Assembly: GCF_009914755.1 (NCBI RefSeq)
Contig: NC_060932.1
From: the human T2T-CHM13v2.0 reference genome, Homo sapiens
DNA length: 64,000 bases
Reading direction: 5' to 3' (one strand)
Shown one piece after another: positions 1 through 13,903 of the stretch; position 1 is the first letter of the stretch; each line of letters starts with the position of its first letter. The translations under genes and the position numbers were made by a program. A model generated the notes under the pieces. That model was not told where the DNA came from. It made no database searches and saw only the letters and a program-made list of their open reading frames with translations.

Positions 1-300
1 TTTCCTGTTGGCCTCCACGGGTTTAGCTTTCTAGAAGCTCCTTGAACCCAGTCCTCTAGGGTTTTTAATGGCAGCTTCATGACGTCAGCATTCCTTCCCC
101 CAGGGTATAGGGTAGGATCTCAAACCCACAAGATGGGAAAAGATTAGAGTCCTGCCTTGGGGTACATAAAGGAGGGCAGGAGAGATTCTGTTTCCTGAGG
201 CCTAACACATCCAGCATTACAACCAGACTGTAACAAGGGATGTGGACACTATAAACCAGGAACTGTGGACGGATACCAATACATATATATCTACAGCTCC
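1..300 (-). mobile_element. MER21-type LTR (5' part, cut by window edge)
   Basis: Reverse complement closely matches 6550-6880, e.g. shared tcctaccctataccctgggggaaggaatgctgac. Confidence 0.75.
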
Positions 301-1044
301 ATAGGCCATTCCTTGGTTTTCAATCACAGATCCCTTATACCAAAACAAATGTATCTATCAGAACATTTGTTGTAGCATTTATAAAACAGTTACAGCAATG
401 CCGCCACCTAAAATCTGGAGAAGCCAGTGTGGGTAGGGATGAATTTAAAGAAATGACTAATTTGTCCTATGAAGTCACACAAACACTTTCATAATCGTGT
501 ACTAGCCTCACTGTTCTTTCCTGCCTTGGTCTACCGCTATTGGACCTTAGGATAAACTTGTGCAGAGCTGTTTCGCACAGAGATCAGCTGATGGTTAGCT
601 AGATCCAGTTCCTTCTTGGGCCGTTTTCCACAGGCATTCCATCCTGAGGGAGCTTCAACTCAACCTCCCAATACATCTGATCGTATCAGTATTATCATAA
701 AGCTTATTTACATGAGGAAGCTGAACCTTACCAATGCCCCCAGTATTACACCATATTGTGATACAATCGTGGTACAATTTAGCTTCATTATAGATTAGTA
801 AGAATGACAGAGGTATTTCCTTTGCCTTCCCAATAAAATCTCCCCTTGCCCATATACCAAATGTTATTAAGGACAGGTGTTGTTACAATGGCCATGACTC
901 AGTCATTTCTGGATTTGAAATTAATTAGGGGCAGAGCCAATCACCCTGTCTCATCTCACAGGCTTGTACTGCTGGTTTCCACTGGGTGCTATCAGTTATA
1001 GCACAGCCCACCTGCCTCCTGCAGACAGTACATGGGTGGTGTTA

Positions 1045-1177
1045 ATTTTACTAATTAAATAGAGACAGGGTCTCACTTCATTGCCCAGGCTGGTCTTGAA
1101 CTCCTGGGCTCAAGTGATCCTCCCGCTTCAGCCTCCCAAAGTGCTAGGATTAAAGGCTTGAGCCACAATACCTGGCC
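1045..1177 (-). mobile_element. FLAM / Alu monomer
   Basis: Alu left-arm sequence, followed by a TTTC/TTCA low-complexity tract to ~1315. Confidence 0.85.
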
Positions 1178-2064
1178 TATTTCTTTCTTTTCTTTCTTCC
1201 TTTCCTTCCCTTTCTTTTCTTTCTCATTCTTTCTTTCTTTTTTCTTTCTTTCTTCTCTCTCTCTCCTTCCTTCCTTGTTTCTTTTTCTTTCATTCATTCA
1301 TTCATTCATTCATTTGATGGGTGTTTAGAATAGTTCCTATACCTACCAACTACACTGCAGAACATGTTTTACTTTGCCCTAACCTAAAGGCATGGGCAGT
1401 CATAGCACATTGATGTAAACTGCAAGTGCCCTCAGAGAACTTCCGTAAATTCAGAGGGCCATAAGAGTCCCACAGGTGTGCCCTGAGCCTCAGCAGCCAA
1501 GACTGAGGGCCACTGCCCCCCATTTCAGCCTCTATTTGTATTAAAATTGTGAAGAGGCCCTGTTGGGTCTGGGTACAGGCCCTTTCCCAAAGCTGCATCT
1601 TAGCATTCTCTTCAGCACTGTTTATTGAGTTGGCCTGGCTCACTCTGCCAAAGCCTCCTTATCTTTCCAAGCTGACTCCCATCCTTTTGCCTTCCTCCTG
1701 GAAGAGAACTCCCTCTAATCTGCATTTTCCTCTGAATTCTGCTGCTCATTGAAAGCAAACTCAACTTATCCCAGGATACCCAGACCTGCACCTATCTCCT
1801 ATAAGGCCCTTTTCTGTCTGGTGGGTCAGTGTTGTTTCATCCAACATGCATGTTGCTGCAGTGTGTAGTAAAGGCCTGAGTACAGTTAGGATATATGTTT
1901 TGCACCCAGAAATGTTGGGTGACCCATACTAGAGTTAGATGAGTGGTGGTCACATCTACATGTAGTTTAGTGTGAGTGTGCCACAAGGCCTCCTACAGCT
2001 TTCCTTGTCTCAGGGTGGGACCATTCCCTAAAGGAACTCAGATCCACTATGTGATGCCCACTAT

Positions 2065-2368
2065 TTTACTGATTGATTGATTGACAGGGTCTCACTCTGT
2101 CACCTAGGCTGGAGTGCAGTGGTGCAAACATGGCTCACTACTACCTCGACCTCTTGGGTCCAAGAGATCCTCCAGCCTCAACTTCCTGTATAGCTGGGAC
2201 CACAGGTGCGGACCACCACACTCTGCTAATTTTTCAAATTTCTGTAGAGACAAGGTCTCATCTCATCATGTTGCCCAGGCTGGTCTCAAACTTCTGGACT
2301 CAGGTGATCCTCCAGCTTGGGCCTCCCAAAGTGCTTGGATTACAGGTGTGAGCCACCGTGCCCAGCCC
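2065..2368 (-). mobile_element. AluJ
   Basis: Full dimer with a degenerate TSD starting cccact. Confidence 0.88.
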
Positions 2369-3912
2369 CACTGCTTTAATCCCATTAAGAACCCAGTGTT
2401 TTCCTGTATTCTGCTTAATAGCTTTTCATCCACAAAAGGAACGGTGATAAAAGTGTACATAGCACACTGCGGCATGTTGTGTATGCTGCCATTACATTTT
2501 GTCCTTTACACCCAAAGATCTTTCAAAGCATCTGATCATCAAGGTTTATATTAATAGCGACATAAAAATCAGTCTGCTGGGAGCCGTACACCACACATTT
2601 GGTATCAGCGAAGCAGGATTTGTTGGAACAGCTCTGACTCACAGAAACATGTGGTTTGAGAAGAGAAAGGATAAAAGGGTGGGGGATCAGGAATCTTTGG
2701 ATTCCTATGTGGCCATGTGGTCACCCAGGGTATGAAGCCACAGCTGTGCTGAGATCAGTTACTAAAGGTAAAAGTTACCAGTGGAATTCAGAGATGGATC
2801 CAACTCCCCAGGAGTTGGGGCACTGGATGCATAAAGAAATGCAAACTAAGAAAAAAGTGAAATATTTAATCCCTGGTTATTGTTGTCTATAATGGCTAAA
2901 ATAAAAGAGGGTGCTGGGTCAGGACTTGAGGCTGGACTAAGCTCAGATGTGGGTCTGCCTGAGCTTAGTCCACTAGCCTTAAAGTTACCCACAAAGGAGA
3001 AAATTACGCAGGGACAACAGAAAGTACCTCTGAGACTTGTGGTTACCAAGAAGGTAGTCAATGTGAAGGAGGGGCAAAACTAAGTAACTATGGAAACTAG
3101 AGGGTATAGTGCGAAAGAACTGTTTCATTCTGTAGATCAGTATCATCAGCTTCCTGAGGAACCTTTACTAAAACGCACTGTAAGAGTGACTAATTTAGGG
3201 GCAGTATCTTTGGTTTTAAACACTACAGAGTAGAAGTACATGTTTGGATTGATGGGACCCACAGCTCACTATTGAACAACTGCATATGGGTATATATGAT
3301 CCAGACACACAGGAGGCTATTCCTGCGGTAACTGGCAGCTTGGTGGAACAGATAAAAGCCACTGTAAGGTCTGTTCACCCTGAGAAGGGGGACTGTCCAA
3401 CTCTACCTACAAATGTCAAGTGGGACACCCCAGATGCAGTAGCTGATATGCTCTGTATGCATGTGGGACTGGCTTTATGATGACAGGGCTATTCACACGC
3501 TGAACATGCCTGTTACCCAAGTCATGGTAAATGTGTGGTTAAGAGGGCCCCTTCTACATGGGCACCCCATGTGATATTACTCCTACAGAAATGAACAGTT
3601 CAAGAAGCCTTATTAAATTTGCTGTCTCAGCTTCCCTTCATGGGTCTTATAGATGCTAATAAAAATATTAGGTTAATTAACAAGAGAACAGGGAAAGGCA
3701 AAAGTGAGAGCCAAAGGACTCCTCCCAGGAAGGTGGAAATTTTAAAATGGTTATTAACAAATAAGGTGAAGAAAACACTGATAGGATAAAACTAAGAAGA
3801 AAAAGAAAGGGGAGAGTCATGGGACTCATCCCAGCAGGGTAGAAATCTTTAGATGGTTATTAAGAAATGGAATGAATAAAATGGAAATTGATACAGTTAA
3901 AACAAAGGTCTT

Positions 3913-4202
3913 TGTTTTTTGAGGCAGGGTCTTGCTCTGTCACCCAGGCTGGAGTGCAGTGGCGTGATCTTAGCTCATTGCAATCTCTGCCTCCCAGGCT
4001 CATGCAATCCTCCCACTTCGGCCTCCTGAGTAGCTGGGACTACAGGCATGTGGCACCACGCCTGGCTAATTTTGTGTATTTTATGTAGAGACAGGGTTCT
4101 GCCATGCTGCCCAGGCTGGTCTCAAACTCCTGAGCTCAAACAATCCACTCGCCTTAGCCTCCCAAAGTGCTGGGATTACAGGCATGAGCCACTGCGCTTA
4201 CC
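3913..4202 (-). mobile_element. AluJ
   Basis: Dimer with TSD aaaacaaaggtctt. Confidence 0.88.
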
Positions 4203-4230
4203 AAAACAAAGGTCTTTTTTTGCTGTTGTT

Positions 4231-4319
4231 AAAAAATAACGTGTCATTCATGAGCAGGGGCCATGCTAATCTTCTCTGTATGGTTCCAATTTTAGCATAT
4301 GTGCTGCCGAAGTGAGCAC
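4231..4319 (-). pseudogene. U6 snRNA retrocopy (RNU6-type pseudogene)
   Basis: Reverse complement GTGCTCACTTCGGCAGCACATATGCTAAAATTGGAACCATACAGAGAAGATTAGCATGGCCCCTGC matches U6 nt 1-80 with a few mismatches; then TTATTTTTT, an A-rich tail and a TSD; no upstream PSE/TATA seen. Confidence 0.93.
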
Positions 4320-4692
4320 AACAAAGATCTTAATACAACATTATCGAAGCTTGGGTGGACCAAACCCCTCCGCTCTCCCAACATTAAACGGCCCTAACCC
4401 AGTTTACTGTATTTCTTGCAGTTTGAAGAAATTTTAAAAGTTGCAAGGTAGAGATTACAATGAAACATATGATATGAAATTGCCTGGGGCAAAAATGGGG
4501 CAGACTAATCAAAATAAAGATTGACAAAAGGTCCAGGGTCCTTTGGCTCAACCCTTGGCAGAAGACCCAAAGCTTTTTGCGCAAGAGAGAGTAAAATGGT
4601 CTGGGGGTGAAGAAGTTCCTGAAACTAGAATATAAAAATGTAAGGGTTGATAGGATGATGAAAGTTGGTATATTTGAACACACTTCATGTGA

Positions 4693-5003
<311 letters not shown>

Positions 5004-5477
5004 GACTGCATCTCTTTTATTTGATTGTATCATGGTAATGAACACAGTATCACACTGGAGAATGTTTCCCCTACCTGGTACTATAAAACAGAAGGCATGT
5101 AAATCTGCTCTCCAATATTAATTGGACATGCCCAAGCCTGCAGAGTGCAGAGTAGAAGCTAGAGTGCTGGCAGGGACAAACTCTCCACTTGATAACCCCC
5201 TGTGGAGCAGTTCCTGGGGCTTATGGCAAAAGTGTTTTGAGCACCTCCCAGCAACAACTACTGGGACTTTGGAATAGAGAATTTCCACTTAAGGGACCTT
5301 GCTATGAAATGTTAGTTGAAGTTACCCCTATGACATCTGAAATACCCATGCTGTCTCAGGTGATGTCCAAGAACATTCTAATGGGGAAGGCAGTGCCTAG
5401 AAGAGTTCCACAATAAAATGGAAATGGTTTATAGAGGATCATGCTACCTGAGGAACTCAAGGAGGAGATACTCCTTG

Positions 5478-5672
5478 AGGGGAGAGAGGGAGAGAGGGAG
5501 AGAGAGGGAGAGAGGGAGAGAGAGGGAGAGAGGGAGAGAGGGAGAGAGGGAGGGAGAGAGAGGGGGAGAGAGAGGGGGAGAGAGAGGGGGAGAGAGAGGG
5601 GGAGAGAGAGGGGTAGAGAGAGGGGGAGAGAGAGGGGGAGGGGGGGAGAGAGAGAGAGAGAGGGGAGGAGGG

Positions 5673-5710
<38 letters not shown>
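5478..5710 (+). repeat. GA-rich polypurine tandem repeat (GAGAGG / GAGAGAGAGGGG / GA units)
   Basis: ~230 bp of purines with one T interruption. Confidence 0.95.
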
Positions 5711-5712
<2 letters not shown>

Positions 5713-5807
5713 AGAGTTTCCCCAAATCATCTAAGAAAAAAAAGTATTTTTTCTCCCCTACCCGATGCAGTGATCCTAGGACAGGAGTTGCTGGGACAGC
5801 AAAGATG

Positions 5808-5932
5808 ATTTTTGTTTTTTAGCTATGGGGTCTCACTGTATTGCCTGGGTTGGTCTCCAACTCCTGACTTCAATCCATCCTCCCATCCTTCCACAGAGCT
5901 TAGATTATAGGTATGAGCCACTGCGCCCAACA
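5808..5932 (-). mobile_element. FLAM / Alu monomer
   Basis: Diverged left-arm sequence. Confidence 0.75.
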
Positions 5933-6889
5933 CTTCAAAAAATTTTTAGCAGGAATGCTAAGTAAAAAACTGTAACCATGTTTTTAAATATTATGTCAAA
6001 ATTCCTGAGGGCATCATGGGGGTGAGATGTGCCTTCACCCCTTCTAACAAAATTGGGGCTAACAGTGAATATGGCCGGTGGTAAAAATAGCTCATTGGTT
6101 CTGCATCTATGTAGCCTCACCCTATCTGAATGGGAGTGGACTGAGGAGCTACTTGCTAGACTTGTATTGCTGCTTGTAATCTAGACCAGCACAGTGGTGA
6201 TTCTAATGTCCCTTCAAAAAAGTTTGGAGATTAATGGAGAGAAGGAGAAATAGTAGCTGAGAGTAAACAAATAAATGGGCAAATGAGACAACTCAAAAGA
6301 GTCTCAGGGCAAGAGATGACACTGCCTCTTAGCTCAATGATTCCACATGCCTGAGAGGGTGAAGCTGTGTATTTACCCAGACCACTCCTGCTTGTGGAAC
6401 CTGACAATATTGAGAGGAAACCTGCAAACCTGAGTGTCCTCATCATCCTGGGAGACATTCATACACTATGATGGACTGGACTAATTATTAATGATTGTGT
6501 ATATATATGTTTTTTGATATAAAGGATCCACAGTAGAAAACCAGGGAGTAGGCTGTGGTGCTATGATATGTATTAGTTTTCGTCCACAGTTGCTGGCTTA
6601 TAACCCTTGTTATAGTCATCTGTTATTATGTTAGGTGTGTCAGGCCTCTGAGGCAGGCCCCTGACCTTCTCTTGCCCTCTTATTACCTATCCCAAGGCAG
6701 GACTCTATTCCGATTGTGGGTCTTAAAACACCTTCCATGAGAGGGTCCTACCCTATACCCTGGGGGAAGGAATGCTGACATCATGAAGCTTTCATAAAAA
6801 GCCAAGAGGACAGGGTTCAGTGAGCCTCTGGAGAGCTGACCATGTGGAGGCTCCTGGAGTTTCCAGAAAGGGCTTGGAAGCTCTGCACC

Positions 6890-7252
6890 TGATATAGCTT
6901 GGCTGTGTCCCCACCCAAATTTCACCTTGAATTGTAGCCCCCATAATTTCTACATGTTGTGGGAGGGATCTGATGGGAGATAATTGAATCATGGGGGCAG
7001 TTCCCCCCATACTGTTCTCATGGTAGTGAATAAGTCTCATGAAATCTGATGGTTTTATAAGGGGTTTCCCCTTTTGCTTGGCTCTCATTTTTCTCTTGCC
7101 TGCTGCCATGTAAGACGTGCCTTTCGCCTTCTGCCATGATTGTGAGGCCTCCCCTGCCACATGGAACTGTGAGTCCATTAAACTTCTTTTTCTTTATAAA
7201 TTACCCAGTCTCAGGTATGTCTTTATCAGCAGCGTGAAAACGGACTAATACA
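6890..7252 (+). mobile_element. THE1 (MaLR) solo LTR nested in MER21 LTR
   Basis: TGATA...CTAATACA termini; exact 5-bp TSD GCACC at 6885-6889 and 7253-7257. Confidence 0.92.
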
Positions 7253-7451
7253 GCACCCCTTCCCCCATACTTCTCTCTACACATTTCTTTATCTGTATCC
7301 TTTGCAGTATCCTTTATGATAAACTGGTAAATGTGTTTCCCTGAGTTCTGTGAGCTGCTACAGCAAATTAAATGAATCCAAAGAGGGAGTTGTAGGAGCC
7401 CCACCTTGTAGCCAGTCAGTCAGAAGTTCTGAAGGCCTGGACTTGCAACTG

Positions 7452-7454
<3 letters not shown>

Positions 7455-7502
<48 letters not shown>

Positions 7503-7542
7503 TGTGCGTGCGCGCGCGCGCGCGCACGCGCGGGGGGGGGGC
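7455..7542 (+). repeat. (TG)n-(CG)n alternating tract followed by a G run
   Basis: About 22 TG units, then mixed CG/TG units, then 11 G. Confidence 0.95.
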
Positions 7543-7846
7543 AGTTTTGGGGACTGAGCTCTCACCCGGTGGGACTGGCACTATCTTCAGGTAGACAGTG
7601 TCGGAACTGAATTCGAGGACACCCAACTGGTGTCTGCTGCTTGGTGTGTGGGGAAAAATCCCCACACGTTTGTCACAGAAATCTTCTTCTGTGTTGATGA
7701 TTGTTGTGATGTGAGAGCAGAGGAAAAACACAGTTAGAGAATTATCCCCCACAGGCATCAAGTGGCGATGTGAAATAGGCTGTTGTTGGTGAATTCGGAT
7801 TATGGACGAATACTTTGGTAGGAGATAGAAATGTGGAGCTTTCCAC

Positions 7847-8256
<410 letters not shown>

Positions 8257-9140
8257 TTAAGGGGGTCGGGAAGGAACTGACAGTGCAGCGAGAGTGGACA
8301 GGTAGTGTCCAGAACACAAGTACATAGCGTTCCAGGCAGGGGAGAAGCAGTGACTGTGCCAAGAGCTGCAGACGGCCAAGGAAGACAGGGCTGAAGCTTA
8401 ACCGCTGGCCCATCGGCTTGCAGAGGGATGGAAAGAGAGGATGGATGGATCAATCTTGGCTCTGAGCATTAACAGCTGTGAACTTCACACACAGAGACAA
8501 TGCGATGGTGTACACCTCGTGATAGAACACACTACCACCTATGAAGTGGTTTTGCCAAAGCCTCAATCTATCTGATCAGGTTTCTGGAATCAACTTCCAA
8601 TTAATAGGAAATATGACAGGCAGGGGAACACGTTAGATGAACAAACACGAGGGGATGGAATCTAGACTGGAGAAATCTATAGAACGAATAACACAGTTTC
8701 TTCAACAAATAAAAAGAGAGATGCAGGGGAAACTTTAGCCTAAGACACTTAGAGACAAATCAATCAACTCTACTGTGTGGACTTTATTTTAATCCTTATT
8801 CAAACAAACAAGTTCTTAAAAAAAAAAGGGGGGCAATTGTGAGACAGCTGGATATGTTAACACTGGGTATTTGATGATATTAAGAAATTTTTGATTTTTT
8901 AGACATGATGAATTTTTTGATGTAGTAATAGAATTGCGTATGTATGAAATTGGCTGGGATTCGCTACAGAATTACTGAGAGTGGCTGGGCAGGGAACTAG
9001 ATGAAAGAAGATCAGGTATAAACTGTTAAGTGCTGGAATGGGTGATAAGTATGTGGGTGTGGTGGAGGAGGCTGCAGGATACTATTCTGTGTCTTTTTTT
9101 GTATTTCTGTATATGTTTATTACGGAAAATTCCAAATAGT

Positions 9141-9142
<2 letters not shown>

Positions 9143-9190
<48 letters not shown>
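9143..9190 (+). repeat. (AC)24 microsatellite
   Basis: Perfect dinucleotide run. Confidence 0.95.
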
Positions 9191-9194
<4 letters not shown>

Positions 9195-11051
9195 AGAACG
9201 AGAGTAGAGCAACGGGGTGGTGGTAGGAGGGACACAGGTCTTCATGGGTATTGACAGTAGGCCTGCCCTGATAGGGCAAGTCAGATGGAAGGAAACAGCA
9301 ATGCAAAAGATGGAGGGACACCTGCTGGAGTCTGTCCCCGAGGGGGTGGGAGGGTACAAGGTCTACCTTAGGACCACGGCCACCATGCCAGGCAGGTGGT
9401 AGTAGGGGTGGACTCCTGTGCTGACTCAATGAGGAACAGAAACAAGGTGCTCCTAAGGAGAGGAGAGACAGTGTAGGGGAGTGGGCTGAAAGGTTGCGGT
9501 GCTGGGACTGCTGGGCAGCCCCAGATGACCATGTGAGGTCAGCAGTCATAGGGAGAGCCAGACTGCCACACTGACTGTGCCTCTCAGAAGTCAGTTGAGT
9601 GGCAGAACCCAGCACAGGAGGGGCAGGAGCTGAGGGAGCACATCAGGGAGTGACTTTGGTGATGGGCTGACGCCATGCTGCGAGGGAAGGGAGGGCATGG
9701 AGGGGATGGGTGCAGGGAAGAGCTGGCGGCAGTTGCGGTAAAGCCCCATGGGCACTGGGAAGTGCTGGGGTCTGCTGCTAGAGAAAGCAGGCTGGAGAGG
9801 TAGGGTGATATGTGAGCGATCTAGGACGGAATCTGGGCACACTGTAAATGGGGATACATGCCTGGGAAACTTGTTTCAAACTCTTCTGAGATCAAAACAG
9901 CCCGTTGGGCAGAGTTTAAAAATAAAAGACAACAAAAACCAACCCTAGATAAAGACTCAGCAAACCCAGGGGAAGTCTTGCATCTGTTCTACGGAAAGTG
10001 AATCAGCAGTCATTTGGGAGTCCCCTCATCTTACTACACAGGAGCCTGGCCTGACCAGTCAGTGCTCTTCAAAGTGTGTTACTTCACTGAAGAACTCTAG
10101 AGAGTGGTGAATTTCAGCTTCCCAATACTAACCCCCAGTTTGACTTCTGCTCAAACTAGGCAACGGAGCACTAGACTGGGGTCACAAATCTTGCTGCTGG
10201 CACTGAAAATCCAAGGAGCAGGCCCTGAGCTCCTCGGAGCTTCCGTCTGTATCCAAGGTGGGCCCTGCTGGCCTTGCAGGCTTATAGAAGGATGGAATGA
10301 TCTAGATGCTCCTAAAGGTATTTTGCAGCTTTAAAGGTAAGGTATGGTAACAACAACGACAACAAAAAAGGCATAACTATCACTTGTGTTGTAATAAGAA
10401 GACTGAAATTTTGGTTTCACAAATGAAAACCTTGTCAGCATTAAAGAAGACTCAGTCAAAGAGCTGAGTGTCTTAGCTTGGCAAAAAAACAGTATTTATA
10501 GACACTGCTTTCTTGTACTTTGCAGAGCATGGGTATCTCTACTCTGCACAACAGATGCCATCCTAGGGAAGGATTCCTTTGCCACCCACTTGCTGGGGAC
10601 TTTCTGAAACATGACTTCATTTTGTCCTTACAAAACCTCACGAAGTATTATTTTCCCCATTTTACAGATGAGGAATCTCAGGTTTAGTGAAGCTACTACG
10701 TCACCTGCCCAAGGCCACACAGCTACTAAGTGGTAGAGCTGGTGTTGGTTCCCAAGTCTCTCTGATTATGTTTATAAGGGGAGAAAGAATGGTTCCTGGG
10801 GATTATAATAATGTAATGTCTACAAAATTATTATGTATTCTGGAAAAGTATGGTGCTTTGCTAATCACCAAATTTGAGTTTATAAATACCTTTCGTCATT
10901 TAATGTGTATTTACTAGGCATCCACTACATGCCAGGTGCTGCTCTAGGCATTTGGGATGGATCAATGAACAAGGGAGATAAAAACCTTGGGCCCCTTGGA
11001 GGGGGTAGTGACACTTTAATTACATGTAAATGTAAAAATGATAGATCTTAC

Positions 11052-11110
11052 CTTTCTGAGGTAGTTTAGGAAGAACTCTTGGGCCAAGGGCAGTCTTTGC
11101 AGAACTGGTG
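11052..11110 (-). CDS. ASAP1: ASAP1 exon (59 nt): (S)TSSAKTALGPRVLPKLPQK(V)
   Basis: Acceptor gttgattag|C, donor AAG|gtaaga; phase 2 to 1; I did not find the next exon (VALRKTDH...) in the window. Confidence 0.95.
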
Positions 11111-11234
11111 CTAATCAACAAATAAGAATCATTTAGGATCTAAAAGTGCTAGAATATCAATAGCAAAATATTATTCAAGTAAATCAAATCAAAGGTATTT
11201 ACATAATCATCTAAAGAATGCTTTCAAAATTTCC

Positions 11235-11523
11235 TTTTTTTTTGAGATGGAGTCTCCCTCTGTTGCCCAGGCTGGAGTGTAGTGGCGCGATCTCTGCTCA
11301 CTGCAACCTCGGCCTCCTGGGTTCAAGCAATTCCCTGCCTCAGCCTCCTGAGTAGCTGGGATTACAGGTGCCCACCACCACACCCGGCTAATTTTTGTAT
11401 TTTTAGTAGAAATGGGGTTTCACCATCTTGGCCAAGCTGGTCTTGTACTCCTGAGCTCGTGGATCCACCCACCTCAGCCTTCCAAAGTGCTGGGATTACA
11501 GGCATGAGCCACTGTGCCCAGCC
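11235..11523 (-). mobile_element. AluS
   Basis: Full dimer ~125 nt upstream of the 59-nt exon. Confidence 0.9.
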
Positions 11524-12130
11524 TCAAAATGTCTTTAACAAAAGATTAGTCTATTTTCCATATTTCAGTTTGCCTGGCTGAGGAGGCACAGTAAAAGGAT
11601 GAAAAAAAAGTCCCTCTTAATGATAAAGCCCAACTCCTCCACTTCAAAGCATTTATGAAGGCACCTGGCACACTCTAAGTGGTGACCCCAATGTAGTGCA
11701 CAGAAGTAACTCTTCCCACATGATCCCACAAAGCAGCTCTGTGTTTCCAGACAAGGAAATGGAAGGGAATGGGGGTGTTGGCGGCTGGCAGAAGGTCTCA
11801 CGTGGGTCAGAGGTAGAAGTGGAAATTCGGCCCTAGCTCCCCTGGGCCTCCAGAGCCCTCACTTCCTCCACTATAGCAAAGAGCTTGGTTCTCGGGCCTC
11901 CAGGCTCTCCTAGGCCTTGCTTTCCTTTTGGAGGACAGGTAAATGAGGGTGACAAAGGCCCAAGTCCCTGGAATACAGGTCCATACCACATTGTCTAAAT
12001 CATCAAACGTTAACCTCTGCAACTGAAACCCCAGTGCCATCAGTGGTCTACATTAGGTGGAAGCCACTATTTTTCTTTAACAAGAGGTTTTGGCGATTCT
12101 CAGAGGACACCAGGAGGCCTGCATGCCTGA

Positions 12131-13286
<1,156 letters not shown>

Positions 13287-13607
13287 TTTAAAAACCTTTT
13301 ATGAGTGCTTTTGGAGTGTCAGATATTCTCCTCACTCTGGAAAAAGAACACCAGAACTTTAGTTTTACAGGGTCCCCCAAATTAGGGTTGAAGGAAGGTG
13401 AGTGAGGAATGAAAGGCAGGGCACAAGGGCAAGGAAGGGGTGTGGAATGTGGAGTTGGGAGAACAAGTAGGCTGGAGAGCTGGCTCTGACATCTGCACCC
13501 ACCACCTAACCACTCTGGGCCTCGCTCTCCTCACCTGCAAAACTGAGGATAATAGTAATTGGGCCTATCTCACAGGGTTATAAAGAGTACATAAGATAGT
13601 GGTATTA

Positions 13608-13903
<296 letters not shown>

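Larger units (their letters stand above)
301..2580 (-). mobile_element. ERV internal remnant (3' part, env-like), interrupted by FLAM and AluJ
   Basis: Ends in a PPT-like gaaaaccaaggaatggcc directly before the LTR, as the + strand copy does at ~6537; decayed RQKR-AL*EIGAGLGILG at ~1770-1819. Confidence 0.55.
6553..7745 (+). mobile_element. MER21-type 3' LTR, interrupted by THE1 and a TG/CG microsatellite
   Basis: MER21-like motifs (gtaaatgtgtttccctgagttctgtgagc, ggggaaaaatccccacac); follows the PPT. Confidence 0.75.

Noticed and set aside
2499-3480. gag-like ORF fragments as a co-opted gene
   Set aside because: Multiple frameshifts and stops; decayed ERV.
5356-5822. Overlapping ORFs rich in ER/GE or SL/PL
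   Set aside because: Translations of the GA-rich repeat.
9082-9615. 177-aa minus-strand ORF
   Set aside because: Runs through the (AC)n microsatellite; no recognisable domain or splice context.
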